The translations under genes were made by a program, and so were the position numbers. DNA of 64,000 nucleotides from Candidatus Kuenenia stuttgartensis (GTDB taxonomy: Bacteria > Planctomycetota > UBA11346). Every line of letters starts with the position of its first letter. The first letter of the stretch is position 1. Below, in pieces: positions 28,490 through 38,810 of this stretch. The DNA is taken from assembly GCA_945876185.1 (NCBI GenBank), contig CAMCMZ010000001.1:66310-130309 (forward strand). The letters run 5' to 3'. The notes beneath the pieces were generated by a model. That model was not told where the DNA came from and ran no database searches. It was given only the letters and a program-made list of their open reading frames with translations.

Positions 28490-28743
28490 GTAGCGCCGGC
28501 TTCAGCCGGCACGAAGGGGCTTGGCCATTCGGCCCCAATGTCACGGAAACGATGGTAAAACGCTTGCGCCTGGGAGCGCCAGGCACCAGCCTGGCCCTCG
28601 CCACTGTGAGGAGCGAAATCCGGTAATTCACTGCAAATGACCACTCATGCCCGAGTTGGGCCGCCCGGCGACCACGCACCAATGGCCAATCCCCAGGCGG
28701 CGGGTTGAAACCCGCCGTCCGTGCCGGCTGAAGCCGGCGCTAC
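28490..28743. repeat. mosaic repeat cluster bounded by inverted GTAG-headed REP-like hairpins
   Basis: GTAGCGCCGGCTTCAGCCGGCAC at 28490-28512. Its inverted copy GTGCCGGCTGAAGCCGGCGCTAC is at 28721-28743. Inside are CGCTTGCGCCTGGGAGCGCCAGGCACCAGCCTGGCC (28561-28596) and the hairpin GGCGGGTTGAAACCCGCC (28699-28716). It fills the whole trxB/miaA convergent spacer. Confidence 0.9.
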
Positions 28744-29708
28744 GGCGAAGGGTTTCCATCGCGTAAGAATTTCCGCGCCAACGCCTCCACCCGCTCCAGC
28801 AGATCCGTCGCAGCCCCATCCAGCCACACGATGTCGGGGAAACGCCGGTACCACGTCATCTGGTGCTTTGCGAGGTGCCGGGTGTTGCGTTCGACCAGCG
28901 TCCTCGCCGTCGCCAGATCGTGCTTTCCGTCAAGGAAATCCAGCGCTTCCTTGTAGCCCACCGCCTGGCGCGCCTCGGGGCAGAGCCGGTCTTTCAACCC
29001 GCGCACCTCGTCCACCAGGCCGGCCGCGAACATCGCTTCGCAGCGCTTGGCGATGCGCTCATGCAGCACCGCGCGGTCCCACTGCAAGCCGATCTGGAGC
29101 GCCGTGAGATCCGTTCGCCGCCGCCGGTCAGTCGTGTGAAACGACGAATACGGCCGGCCAGTCAGGCGGAACACCTCCAACGCCCGCACGATCCGGCGCT
29201 GGTCGTTGGGGTGGCGCCCGGCGGCATAGACAGCATCGACGCGCAGCAGTTCCGCCCACAGCGCAGCCGGATCGGCGATGAATGCCGCGTTCAGTGCCGC
29301 GCGCACCGTCTCGTCACGCGGTGGCCCGGCGGACAACCCTTCGATGAGCGCCTTGGTGTACAGCGGGCTGCCGCCGGCGACGATGGCCGGGGCGCCGCGC
29401 GCTCGCAGCCCCGCAAGAACCCCCTCCGCCAAGTCAAGCCACCGGCTGACATCGCAGCGGTCGGCGGGGTCGAGCACCGACACCAGGTGGTGCGGCGCCA
29501 GGGCGCACTCGGCCGCACCGGGCTTGGCGGTGCCGACATCCATTCCCCGGTACACCGCCATCGCATCGGCGCTGAGGACCTCGCCCCCCAGCCGGGCCGC
29601 CAAACGCGCGGCCAGCAAGCTTTTTCCCGACGCAGTCGGGCCGATGACGACAATGATGCGGTGGGCGGCGGGCACGCCGGCAGCATCGCCAGGATCGACC
29701 CGAACCAA
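28740..29708 (-). CDS. miaA: tRNA dimethylallyltransferase MiaA
   Basis: 322 aa. P-loop VIGPTASGKS, then SADAMAVYRGMDVGTAKP. The TAG stop (28740-28742) lies inside the GTAG head of the REP-like element. Confidence 0.9.
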   Translation of the reverse strand: MVRVDPGDAAGVPAAHRIIVVIGPTASGKSLLAARLAARLGGEVLSADAMAVYRGMDVGTAKPGAAECALAPHHLVSVLDPADRCDVSRWLDLAEGVLAGLRARGAPAIVAGGSPLYTKALIEGLSAGPPRDETVRAALNAAFIADPAALWAELLRVDAVYAAGRHPNDQRRIVRALEVFRLTGRPYSSFHTTDRRRRTDLTALQIGLQWDRAVLHERIAKRCEAMFAAGLVDEVRGLKDRLCPEARQAVGYKEALDFLDGKHDLATARTLVERNTRHLAKHQMTWYRRFPDIVWLDGAATDLLERVEALARKFLRDGNPSP

Positions 29709-29928
29709 GGCCGAACCGGCGGTATCAACCGCCCGAGAACCCCTTCAAACCCTGTCCAGCCGCATTGCACAGCCACTGAGACACGACGAGGACACCCCCA
29801 GACCTACGCCTTCCCTACCGCTGCGGCTTCTACGATCCAGCCAAGCAAGCCCGCCAATCGCCACACCCCTTGCCGCCCCGCGGCGGTCCCTCTTTGCCTC
29901 ACGCCTTCTTCGCCCGAAAGGCCAGCCC

Positions 29929-32900
29929 ATGACCCGTTCGCTCCTTCGCGCCTTCGCCACCTGTGCCCTCATCCTCGCAACGTCCATGTCCGGGATGTTC
30001 GCCCAGGATCCGGTGCCGACGACACCGACGAGTCAGGACAATGTCAAGCGCTTGCTGTTCATCCGAGTAAACTTTCCCGATGATCCGCGTGAACCCGATT
30101 CCTACGCGACCGCCCACGCGTTGTCGGAAGACGTCGCGGCGTGGTACGCCGAATCATCTTACGGACTGATGCAGATCGCGACCACGGTCACCGAAGTTCT
30201 GACCATGCCCCGGCCGTGGCGATACTATCCAGAACTGACCATGTGGCCTACTTCCCCAGCACGCGGGATGGAAGTCAATGATCCGGCAATCGGACCCCCC
30301 GCATTGCATGATGATGCCAGAGCGGTCGCCGCTGCGGCGGGTTACGACGTTGCTGGTGCCTATATTGTCACCGTGCGCCATCGCCGCATATGGAGTTTCG
30401 GTGGCCTGGGCGGTGGTTTGAAGACGTGGCTGCAGGTCGATTCGGTGCCGGTACAGTGTCATGAGATAGGCCACGCCATCGGGTTGGACCATGCGGATCG
30501 CTGGGATAATACCGCCGCGTCAGGAAGTCCGACCGACAAGGACCTCGACCGCATCACCGTGATCAACGCTAACGCGACTGGCGCCAATGGCTACAGGTAT
30601 GAGCAGGAAGTGGTTTCGTATGGTGATCTCTGGGATAATATGGGCTCCGGTGGCACCGGGCATTGGAATCCAATCTATAAAAGTTACGTGGGGTGGTTGA
30701 CCGGCGACCGCATCGTTACCGTTACCACAAGTGGGCGTTACAAGGTCTATTCTTACAATCAGCCCTACCTGGAAGATGGCCGGACCTATGCGCTCAAGAT
30801 CCAGCGCAATCAGCAGCAGACCTATTGGGCCGGTTTACGCGGCTACTTGCCAGACATGATCTATAAGCAGCAACCCGGTGAGAGATACCTTCATTCCAGC
30901 CTGCTTTTATGGATGGAAGGTTGGGATTCCCAACGTGAACAACTGCCAGAAGATGGTGCAAAGGTCAGCTGCCTGCTTGATACCACCCCCGGCACGCCGG
31001 CTGCGACCAGTGGTACCGATGAGGATGGTGCCTTGATCCAGGCTGGCTCTCTGGCTGACGCCGGAATCGAGGTCAATCGCACCTACTCCGACCTTGCTGC
31101 CGGCATTCACATCACCGTCACTGATCGAAACGAAACCACGCCGCAATCCCTGGATGTCGTGGTCAACTTGGGGACTTTCCCGAGCAACCACGCTCCAGAG
31201 GTTAGCGACATGACCGTCGTCATCCCGGCGGTGACGTCGGATCCGCAAGTCGTCAAGGCAGGGGCGATCCAGGTGGCCTACAATGGCACCGATGCTTTCA
31301 CCAAGGACGTGACGTTCAGCGTGACCGGAACCGATGCCGATGGCGATGAACTTGCGTATTGGTGGGATTTCGGTGATTCCACCCCGAACTCGGTCCGTAA
31401 CGGTTCGACGGTCTCGCATAAATGGTCCCAGAGCATTATTCCACGCCTGTTCCCCACCAGCATCAGCGATCTGCGTCGTGGGGCCCAGTTCACAGTCACC
31501 TGCGTCGTCACGGACATGAAGGGCGGTACCGCCCGGATTTCCAAGGTCGTCAACATCGGCCAGCCTGCCTATCCGGGTATTGACTCCAGTGATATCAATG
31601 GTCGCCAGACGTTCATCGCCACCGGTCGGGTCACCGACCAGCAGGGCAACCCGATGACCGGCGTCTTGGTGACCCGCGTCGGTGGTGCCGACTTCCGTGG
31701 GGTCTGGACCGACAGCGATGGCATGTTCCGCCTGTCTGGGCTCGTGTCCGGCAACATCGTCATCCAACCAAAACTGGAGGGTTGGCATTTCATCGGCAAG
31801 GATGTTGCCAAGCCCTTGCCGTCACCGATCTCCATCCCCAACCACGACATCCAGGATGTGAATTTCATCGCGCATCATCGCCAGTGGGTGAAAGTCGAAG
31901 CCCTGAATCCGACCATCACTGAAGGTGGATCCCCTGGCATTTTCCGCATTACTCGCACCGGGCCGACCCCGCACAATGACACGGATTACGTCCTCAATTC
32001 CTGGAACGACACCACCGACTTGGTGGTAAGAATTTACACCGAGGGAGGTTTTGGTGATGGCAATTTCATCGAACTCGACCGGTGGGACCGGTTCGTCCGA
32101 CCAAATCCCGACAATCGGTTCTATTATCGTCCCTTCCCGGTTACGGCCATTACAACGCCCGGACTTCCAACGCTGAACGCCCCGCGGAATTTGAACGGTG
32201 CCGTTGCGGGTGGAGCGACGGCCGATGGCGCCATTGTCGAACCGGATTATCCACTGATCTCCCGTGGTGGTGATTCGCCAAATACTCCCCCGAGTGCAGG
32301 CGGAACCCTAGTGGAAGAAGACCAATATGTGATCATTCGTCGCCAGGGCACTTTCTTGGCGCATGCCAGCGATGACAGCGTGACCACGACTTTCACTAAG
32401 GACTATGTCGATCTCCAATACATTCCAATTCCAAGCGACGGGATTTGGAGTCCTCGCTCGAGACAGGCAAAAGTAATGGTCGCCTACAGTCCCGACTACT
32501 ATGTCGAAAATACTGAAGCGGTGATTTCCATCGTGGACTCCAGCCCCATACCAGCGCTCCCGACCGTTAACCTGGCGACCATGTCGGCAAGCGAAAATGG
32601 CTCGAACAAAGGAGCGTTCACCTTCTCCCGTACCGGCGATATTAGCGAATCCCTCCAGGTCGGTTTCACCATCTCGGGAACAGCAACCGAAGGAGTCGAT
32701 TATCAGACGTTGCCGCGTTCGATCATTTTCCCTGCCGGAGTTGGTACAGTGGTGCTTCCGGTTCTGCCCATTGCGGATGGCATTTTGGAGGGTCGTACCT
32801 ATGATGCAGAGGACGACCGGTGGCGAGAACAGTACATCAGACTTTTTCTAACCGCCAACCCCACCTTGTACAATGGTAGTGGATACGCGAAGTTGGAAAT

Positions 32901-35900
32901 TGGCGACGATGACCGGCCGTCGATCGCGGTCGCATTGACTCAAGGTCCGGCCATGGAACCGGTTGGCACCGGCGGTGCACGCTCCGGTACCTTCACCATC
33001 ACTCGGCATGGGGATCTCAGTTCCAACCTGACGGTGAATTTCGGCTTTGCTGGTACTGCAACTTATTTGACCGATTACGTCTCCAGTCCGGCCTTGGATG
33101 GCGGTGTCGGCGGCAATGGCAAGGTGATCATCCCGGCGGGCCGGGTTTCTGCCACCGTGACCGTCACTCCGGTCAAGGATTCCACCGTCGAAGGTCCGGA
33201 ATACGTCCGCCTACTGCTCAGGAACAGTACGACCTACCAGATCCTGTCCACTGGTTCCCAATCGGATCTGACCATCCTGGACGGTGATCTGCCATTGGTC
33301 AGCGTCGCACTCCCAAATGGAGCACCTGCAAGCATCGCCAAGGCGACCCAGGGCAAGACAACCGTACGGTTTAGTCGCAACAGCAGCCAGAATGTCACGT
33401 CGCCCATGTTCATCTACTTCTACACCTCGGGCCAGGCCCAGAATGGTCTGGATTACAGCTTCACCCAAAATGTACCTACAGCGGGTCAGGTGTTGCTCCT
33501 CGCCAGCGAGACATTCAAGGATGTCGAGGTGACCGCGTCTAACGACAACAACACCAATAAAGATGACAAGGAATTATACATCTTCGTCAAGGAGGACTCT
33601 TCCTACACCATCGACCCGAATCTCGTCCACGCTGATATCATGGTCAATTCGGTGCGGAACGGCAAACCCGAGGTCCGCTTCGAGAAACTGGGTGGCCGTT
33701 TCTGGGAAAGCGGAGAATACAAGGCTTGGGTCGTTTTGAGCGACTGGCCGACCGCTATCAACACGGTCGACACGAACCTTGTTCCGCCGCAGAAGAATCT
33801 CATCCGCATCGACTACGAGGTCGTCGCCGATGACCGCACTGGCATCCCGAACAAGAATGCGGCTGTTCCGGGCACCGACTTCGGGGTCAAGTCCGGCACG
33901 TTGACCTTCTGGTGGAAGCAGGATGGCGGCTATACTGATGCGTATGTCGACCCATTGGTAACACCCAACAATCCTCCGGGCGACTATGCCAACCCTTCTG
34001 ATGATGGCCACGATATGCGTAGACGCCGCTGGCCGGTCACTTTCACCATCAACAACGACAACCTGGACACCAAGGATCGGACGTTCCTGATCCGCCTCAA
34101 AGCCCATATGGTCAGTGGCAATGATCTGTCGAATTGCAGCCTACCTGGGCAGTTGAACGGTGAAGCCTTCGCGTCGGTCTTCGTGGTCACCATCGCGGAT
34201 GATGACGCGGCAGCCTATACCCTGGAAGGCACCAAGCTGAATGCCTCAGAAGTGGTCTCTGGGCCGACCGAAGACGGCAAGGTCACCATCAAGCGCACCG
34301 GCCTCACCCTCGCCCCGTCTACGGTCAGCCTGAGTCTCAAGGGCCAGGCCGCGCCCTGGGCTGATTACACGCCGATCAGCAGCCCGACCGTCGTGCCGGT
34401 CGCTCCCGCGAACACCGCGGATCGCGAAACCATCGTCATGGTGACCTTTGTCCAGGATGAGCTGGAAAAACCCATTACCATCAAGCCGATCCGCAACCTG
34501 ATCGCCACCGGTCCACGCCTGGCGACTATCGCATTGGTTTCGGCTACCGATGGCAAAGTGAACACGGCCGCACAATCGGTCACGATCGCCGATGTCGACA
34601 CCCAGCCGCCGGTCTTCGTTTCGGCCACCGCCGTCAATGCGGTTGCCAAGGAAGGTGGGCATAATGCCACGGTTCGAATCGGCCGCGTCGGTGATCTGAC
34701 CAACGCCCTGACCGTGAACCTCAAGGCCGGTCTACTTGGGACGGCCATTGCAGCGGACTACAGCGGAATGCCGGGAAGTGCCGTCATTCCCGCCAATAGC
34801 GACCATGTCGATTTCGACATTACCGCGAACGATGATCTGGTCATCAATGGAACCCGGACCCTGGATGTGGCCATCAACGCTGATGGCAGCACCTATCAGG
34901 CCGGAGAACCATCTCTGGCCCGCATCTACATCCTGGATAACGATGGGGCCACGCCCTTGGTGCGCGTCTGGGCTGATCCAGCCAATGTGAATGAAACCGA
35001 GACCCTGTCGGGGGCCAAGTTCCATTTCCGGCGCAGCCTGGACATTGTCGATAGTCTAACGGTCAACTACACCCTCGCTGGAACCGCAGTGAACGGAGTC
35101 GATTACCAATTGATCGATACCGCCCAGGTGCTGTTCGCCCCAGGCCAGGCAGAGGCAATCGTCGAGATCCTGCCCATTGCTGACGCGTTAGCCGAGGGCG
35201 TGGAAACGGTCACCGTCGAAATCGCTGCCGGAACCGGCTACACGGTCAGCACCACCCAGACTTCGGCCACCATCAACATCATCGATGACGATTTCCCGAC
35301 CCTGGCGATCGCCCCCCTGGTCACCGAAGTCGTGGAAGGCAGCACCTCTCCAGCCGTGTTCCGGGTCAGCCGCCTCGGCGGCATACCGGCAACGCCGCTG
35401 ACGGCCACGGTCCAGGTTGCGACCAGCAGTACCCTACTGAACCTGGCCACGCTTGCGGATCTGGCAGTTGCCACACCGAATCCGATCACGGTTACGCTTG
35501 CTGCCAACGAGATGTACAAGGATCTCTCGCTGTTGACCCAAGCCGATGGCTTGTCCGAAGGAGATGAGGATTTGCGGGTTGTCATCGCAGCGAACCCGGC
35601 TTTCGCCCGTTTGAGCGCGGAACCCTCGGATCCGGTGATCATCCGCGACATCGACCGTTCGCGTATCACAGTCCGGGTCGATCCCGCCAACCGGAATGCG
35701 ACTCAGAATGTCTATCCTGCGGCTTCGACGGCTGGGAAATTCCTCATCGAACGGACGGGATCAGCGGCAGAACTGGCGACGGCCGTGCGCGTGCGCTTCG
35801 CGCTGACCGGTTCGGCCATTGAGGGTGTCGACTACCAGTATGTCGGGACCTCAGTACTGATCCCCGCCAATCAGACCTCGGTGGCGGTATCCATCCTGCC

Positions 35901-38712
35901 TCTGGTAAATGAGCGGGTGAAACCGGTGCAAAATGTGGTGCTGACCCTGACGGCCGATCGCACTGGATCCGTCTATAACCGCGGTGTTCCGAAGTCTGCC
36001 CGGATGGATGTGATCGATCTCAACCCGGTGCTCGTCACTATCGCCAGCCCGGCCGACTACATGTTCAAGAACGAGATCACCCAGTTCGTGGTGACCCGCG
36101 TTGGCACCACCGATGGCCCTCTGCGGGTGAACTACAAGGTCAAGAATACATCTACTGCGGTGATGGGCGTGGACTTCGACCTGCTCATCGGTTATGTCGA
36201 CATTGCCGACGGCAGCGCGACCACCACCATCGACGTCAAACAGAATGTCGATCCCACGGCGGCGAGAACGCTCACCCTCTATGTGGATACCCCGACCTTG
36301 CCCGGTACCTATGTCCCGGGCAACCCAGTCGAGGCATCGGTCACCATGCTCCCGCCGGGTCAGATGCTGGTCAACATCGTTGCCAACAACGATGCCAAGG
36401 AAAGAAACCTGGTTCAGGGCAAGCTCACGGTCACCCGCTCCGGCGGATCGATCGCGAACCCCCTGCCGGTGTCGCTGAGCATCAGCGGTACGGCAATATG
36501 GCCGGAAGATTACACCCTGACCATCGATGGCGCTGCGGTCACACCCAACAGCGGCATCCTGGACTTCAACCTCGGTGGCGGCAAGAAAACCGCGATCATC
36601 AATGTGGTGCCGATCGCGGACAGCAATCCGACCGAAGGCGACGAGACGGTGGTCCTCACGTTGCGCAACACCAGCCCGGTTGGCTACCTGATCAACAAGC
36701 CAGTTGCAGCGACAGCCCTTATTATCGACGATGCCCCGGCCGCCCCGGTGTTCGTCAACACGGTCGGTCCGCAGATTGCAATGGCGGGTTATATCAACGG
36801 GAAGATCACCCTGACGGTGAATGACAACGATTCCGCCCTGAGTTCCCTGGTCTTGACCGCCACCTCGGCGGATCCGGACATTCTGCCGAATTCAGCGTTT
36901 GCCTTTGGCGGGACGGACGGCAATCGTTGGATGACCATCCAGCCGCCGGCCGATACTTCGGATACCACCCTGGTCACGGTCAGGGTTAGCGATGGAACCT
37001 TGTTCAGCACCATCACCTTCCCCGTCATGATGGCGGTGAACGTCGATCCGGTGGTGTCGCCTGATACCTTCCCCGATCATGAGGTGCTGATCGACCATAC
37101 CGATGTCATCGCCTTCAAGGCCAACGACCCGGATGCGCTGCCCAAGCCACTCAGCGTCACCGTGCTGTCCAGCGACCTGACCCTGCTGCCTGCCAACCGG
37201 ATCACGGTCGCCCATAATGGTGGCGACTATACCATCTCGCTGTCACCTGCCGCGACCCGCTTCGGTGCGGTGACCGTCACCATCCTGGTTGATGATGGTG
37301 TAGTCCAGATATCGAAGTCCTTCGTGCTGTCCGTGGTCAGCAAGCTTGGCGCATCGATCGGGAAGATCACCATCGCGAGGGAGGTCGATGTCGCCCAGAA
37401 GTTGCTGGTGCCAGGATCCTTCCTGATCACCCGATCGGTCTGGACCTCGAACACCATCACGGTCAACGCCACGATCGGTGGCACGGCGGTGGGTGGAACC
37501 GACTACGCGAGTCTCGGAGGATTCGGCCAGATCACCGTGACCATGACCCCAGGTCAATCCACGGCGAAGATCTACGTCAATCCGCTCTTCAATCCGCTCG
37601 CTCTGACCGACAAGACCGTCACCTTGACCATCCAACCCAATCCGAGCGCTTATACCATCGGAGCGGCAAGCTCGGCCTCGTTGACCATCACCGGCAACAC
37701 GCCGACCGCACCGACGATCACCCCGATCGCGTCGATCCCGGCGGTCGCTGGCTATGCCACGAAGCCGATCGCCGTCACGGTCAACGATGTGGATACGCCG
37801 CCAGCCAACCTGGTTGTCACGGCAACCTCATCAGATCAGGCGCTGCTGCCGAACTCCGCCATCACGGTGACCGGTAGCGGGAAGAACTGGCAGTTTGTGG
37901 TAGCGCCGACGGCAGGCGGCAACGGTACGTCCACCGTGACGGTGACCGTCAGCGACGGCGTACTCACCACGACCACCACCTTCCCGGTGACGATCGGTGT
38001 GAACCAGGCGCCTGTGTTCACCGTCGCCAATACCGCGATGGATCAGGACACCACCGTGACGGTGCCCGTCAGCTGGTTGGTCACCGATCCGGACAGTCTG
38101 CCTGGTAATCTGGCAGTGACCGCCACATCCAGCGATACGGCGATCGTGGCGAACAGTGGGTTGACGGTCACGGCGGCCGGCCTGACCATCACGCCTGTGC
38201 CCGGAGCCCATGGGACCACGACCATCACTCTGACCGCCAACGATGGGGCGACCACCGTGCTGGCCTCGTTCGTCCTGACGGTCAATCAGGTGATCCCACC
38301 GCCGCAGAACCTGTTCCCGGTGGCCACCAGCCAGATCCTGGCGACGAAGTCCGGCGTTCCGCTGGCTTTCACCATAAGTGCGACCGACCCGGAGGGTCAG
38401 CCCCTGATCTGGAGCGTTGTTGTCGGACCTCAGGTCCAGAACGCGACGCTGACTGGTACTGGCCCGTCGTTCATCTACACGCCGAAGGCGAGTTTCGTCG
38501 GTACTGAGACCCTGACCATTGGCGTCAGTGACGGCACCAATCTGACCCGGCCGACGGTCACGATCACGGTTGCCAGTGATCAGACGACCAAGATCGATGT
38601 CACCAACGGGCCGGGTGCGAACGCTGGCGGCTGCGGTCTGGGTGGCGGACTGGGCCTGATCGGCTTCGCGGCCCTGCTGGCCATGGTGGGCGCCCGCCGT
38701 CGCCGGCATTAG
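29929..38712 (+). CDS. giant (2927 aa) secreted surface protein: metzincin-type zinc protease domain, PKD, CarboxypepD_reg-like, many Calx-beta repeats, Ig/cadherin-like modules, MYXO-CTERM-like sorting tail
   Basis: ORF 29278..38712. Start set at ATG 29929 (MTRSLLRAFATCALILATSMSGMFAQDP signal peptide), because upstream codons are antisense to miaA. HEIGHAIGLDH at 30460-30492. WWDFGDSTP (PKD). Recurrent ..SGTATEGVDYQ.. Calx-beta signatures from about 31900 to 36700. Repeated TATS(A/S)D..LLPNS modules from 36720 to 38300. C-terminus GGCGLGGGLGLIGFAALLAMVGARRRRH. Confidence 0.85.
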   Translation: MTRSLLRAFATCALILATSMSGMFAQDPVPTTPTSQDNVKRLLFIRVNFPDDPREPDSYATAHALSEDVAAWYAESSYGLMQIATTVTEVLTMPRPWRYYPELTMWPTSPARGMEVNDPAIGPPALHDDARAVAAAAGYDVAGAYIVTVRHRRIWSFGGLGGGLKTWLQVDSVPVQCHEIGHAIGLDHADRWDNTAASGSPTDKDLDRITVINANATGANGYRYEQEVVSYGDLWDNMGSGGTGHWNPIYKSYVGWLTGDRIVTVTTSGRYKVYSYNQPYLEDGRTYALKIQRNQQQTYWAGLRGYLPDMIYKQQPGERYLHSSLLLWMEGWDSQREQLPEDGAKVSCLLDTTPGTPAATSGTDEDGALIQAGSLADAGIEVNRTYSDLAAGIHITVTDRNETTPQSLDVVVNLGTFPSNHAPEVSDMTVVIPAVTSDPQVVKAGAIQVAYNGTDAFTKDVTFSVTGTDADGDELAYWWDFGDSTPNSVRNGSTVSHKWSQSIIPRLFPTSISDLRRGAQFTVTCVVTDMKGGTARISKVVNIGQPAYPGIDSSDINGRQTFIATGRVTDQQGNPMTGVLVTRVGGADFRGVWTDSDGMFRLSGLVSGNIVIQPKLEGWHFIGKDVAKPLPSPISIPNHDIQDVNFIAHHRQWVKVEALNPTITEGGSPGIFRITRTGPTPHNDTDYVLNSWNDTTDLVVRIYTEGGFGDGNFIELDRWDRFVRPNPDNRFYYRPFPVTAITTPGLPTLNAPRNLNGAVAGGATADGAIVEPDYPLISRGGDSPNTPPSAGGTLVEEDQYVIIRRQGTFLAHASDDSVTTTFTKDYVDLQYIPIPSDGIWSPRSRQAKVMVAYSPDYYVENTEAVISIVDSSPIPALPTVNLATMSASENGSNKGAFTFSRTGDISESLQVGFTISGTATEGVDYQTLPRSIIFPAGVGTVVLPVLPIADGILEGRTYDAEDDRWREQYIRLFLTANPTLYNGSGYAKLEIGDDDRPSIAVALTQGPAMEPVGTGGARSGTFTITRHGDLSSNLTVNFGFAGTATYLTDYVSSPALDGGVGGNGKVIIPAGRVSATVTVTPVKDSTVEGPEYVRLLLRNSTTYQILSTGSQSDLTILDGDLPLVSVALPNGAPASIAKATQGKTTVRFSRNSSQNVTSPMFIYFYTSGQAQNGLDYSFTQNVPTAGQVLLLASETFKDVEVTASNDNNTNKDDKELYIFVKEDSSYTIDPNLVHADIMVNSVRNGKPEVRFEKLGGRFWESGEYKAWVVLSDWPTAINTVDTNLVPPQKNLIRIDYEVVADDRTGIPNKNAAVPGTDFGVKSGTLTFWWKQDGGYTDAYVDPLVTPNNPPGDYANPSDDGHDMRRRRWPVTFTINNDNLDTKDRTFLIRLKAHMVSGNDLSNCSLPGQLNGEAFASVFVVTIADDDAAAYTLEGTKLNASEVVSGPTEDGKVTIKRTGLTLAPSTVSLSLKGQAAPWADYTPISSPTVVPVAPANTADRETIVMVTFVQDELEKPITIKPIRNLIATGPRLATIALVSATDGKVNTAAQSVTIADVDTQPPVFVSATAVNAVAKEGGHNATVRIGRVGDLTNALTVNLKAGLLGTAIAADYSGMPGSAVIPANSDHVDFDITANDDLVINGTRTLDVAINADGSTYQAGEPSLARIYILDNDGATPLVRVWADPANVNETETLSGAKFHFRRSLDIVDSLTVNYTLAGTAVNGVDYQLIDTAQVLFAPGQAEAIVEILPIADALAEGVETVTVEIAAGTGYTVSTTQTSATINIIDDDFPTLAIAPLVTEVVEGSTSPAVFRVSRLGGIPATPLTATVQVATSSTLLNLATLADLAVATPNPITVTLAANEMYKDLSLLTQADGLSEGDEDLRVVIAANPAFARLSAEPSDPVIIRDIDRSRITVRVDPANRNATQNVYPAASTAGKFLIERTGSAAELATAVRVRFALTGSAIEGVDYQYVGTSVLIPANQTSVAVSILPLVNERVKPVQNVVLTLTADRTGSVYNRGVPKSARMDVIDLNPVLVTIASPADYMFKNEITQFVVTRVGTTDGPLRVNYKVKNTSTAVMGVDFDLLIGYVDIADGSATTTIDVKQNVDPTAARTLTLYVDTPTLPGTYVPGNPVEASVTMLPPGQMLVNIVANNDAKERNLVQGKLTVTRSGGSIANPLPVSLSISGTAIWPEDYTLTIDGAAVTPNSGILDFNLGGGKKTAIINVVPIADSNPTEGDETVVLTLRNTSPVGYLINKPVAATALIIDDAPAAPVFVNTVGPQIAMAGYINGKITLTVNDNDSALSSLVLTATSADPDILPNSAFAFGGTDGNRWMTIQPPADTSDTTLVTVRVSDGTLFSTITFPVMMAVNVDPVVSPDTFPDHEVLIDHTDVIAFKANDPDALPKPLSVTVLSSDLTLLPANRITVAHNGGDYTISLSPAATRFGAVTVTILVDDGVVQISKSFVLSVVSKLGASIGKITIAREVDVAQKLLVPGSFLITRSVWTSNTITVNATIGGTAVGGTDYASLGGFGQITVTMTPGQSTAKIYVNPLFNPLALTDKTVTLTIQPNPSAYTIGAASSASLTITGNTPTAPTITPIASIPAVAGYATKPIAVTVNDVDTPPANLVVTATSSDQALLPNSAITVTGSGKNWQFVVAPTAGGNGTSTVTVTVSDGVLTTTTTFPVTIGVNQAPVFTVANTAMDQDTTVTVPVSWLVTDPDSLPGNLAVTATSSDTAIVANSGLTVTAAGLTITPVPGAHGTTTITLTANDGATTVLASFVLTVNQVIPPPQNLFPVATSQILATKSGVPLAFTISATDPEGQPLIWSVVVGPQVQNATLTGTGPSFIYTPKASFVGTETLTIGVSDGTNLTRPTVTITVASDQTTKIDVTNGPGANAGGCGLGGGLGLIGFAALLAMVGARRRRH

Positions 38713-38733
38713 TCCAGGGGAAAACCTTGCCGG

Positions 38734-38768
38734 CGCAGGAACGGCACCTTCTGGGTGCCGTTCCTGCG
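38734..38768 (+). terminator. putative intrinsic terminator hairpin after the giant gene
   Basis: Perfect 15 bp stem CGCAGGAACGGCACC / GGTGCCGTTCCTGCG with a 5 nt loop, followed by TTGT. Begins 22 nt after the stop at 38712. Confidence 0.55.
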
Positions 38769-38810
38769 TTGTAGGCTTGCTGCAGCTTCGGCGCGACCAA
38801 CCTGCCGCCC

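Noticed and set aside
29278-29928. 5' 217 codons of the 3144 aa ORF-track entry for the giant protein
   Set aside because: This stretch is antisense to miaA and Arg/Ser/Pro-rich. A good signal peptide begins at the in-frame ATG 29929, so the extension is read-through, not coding.
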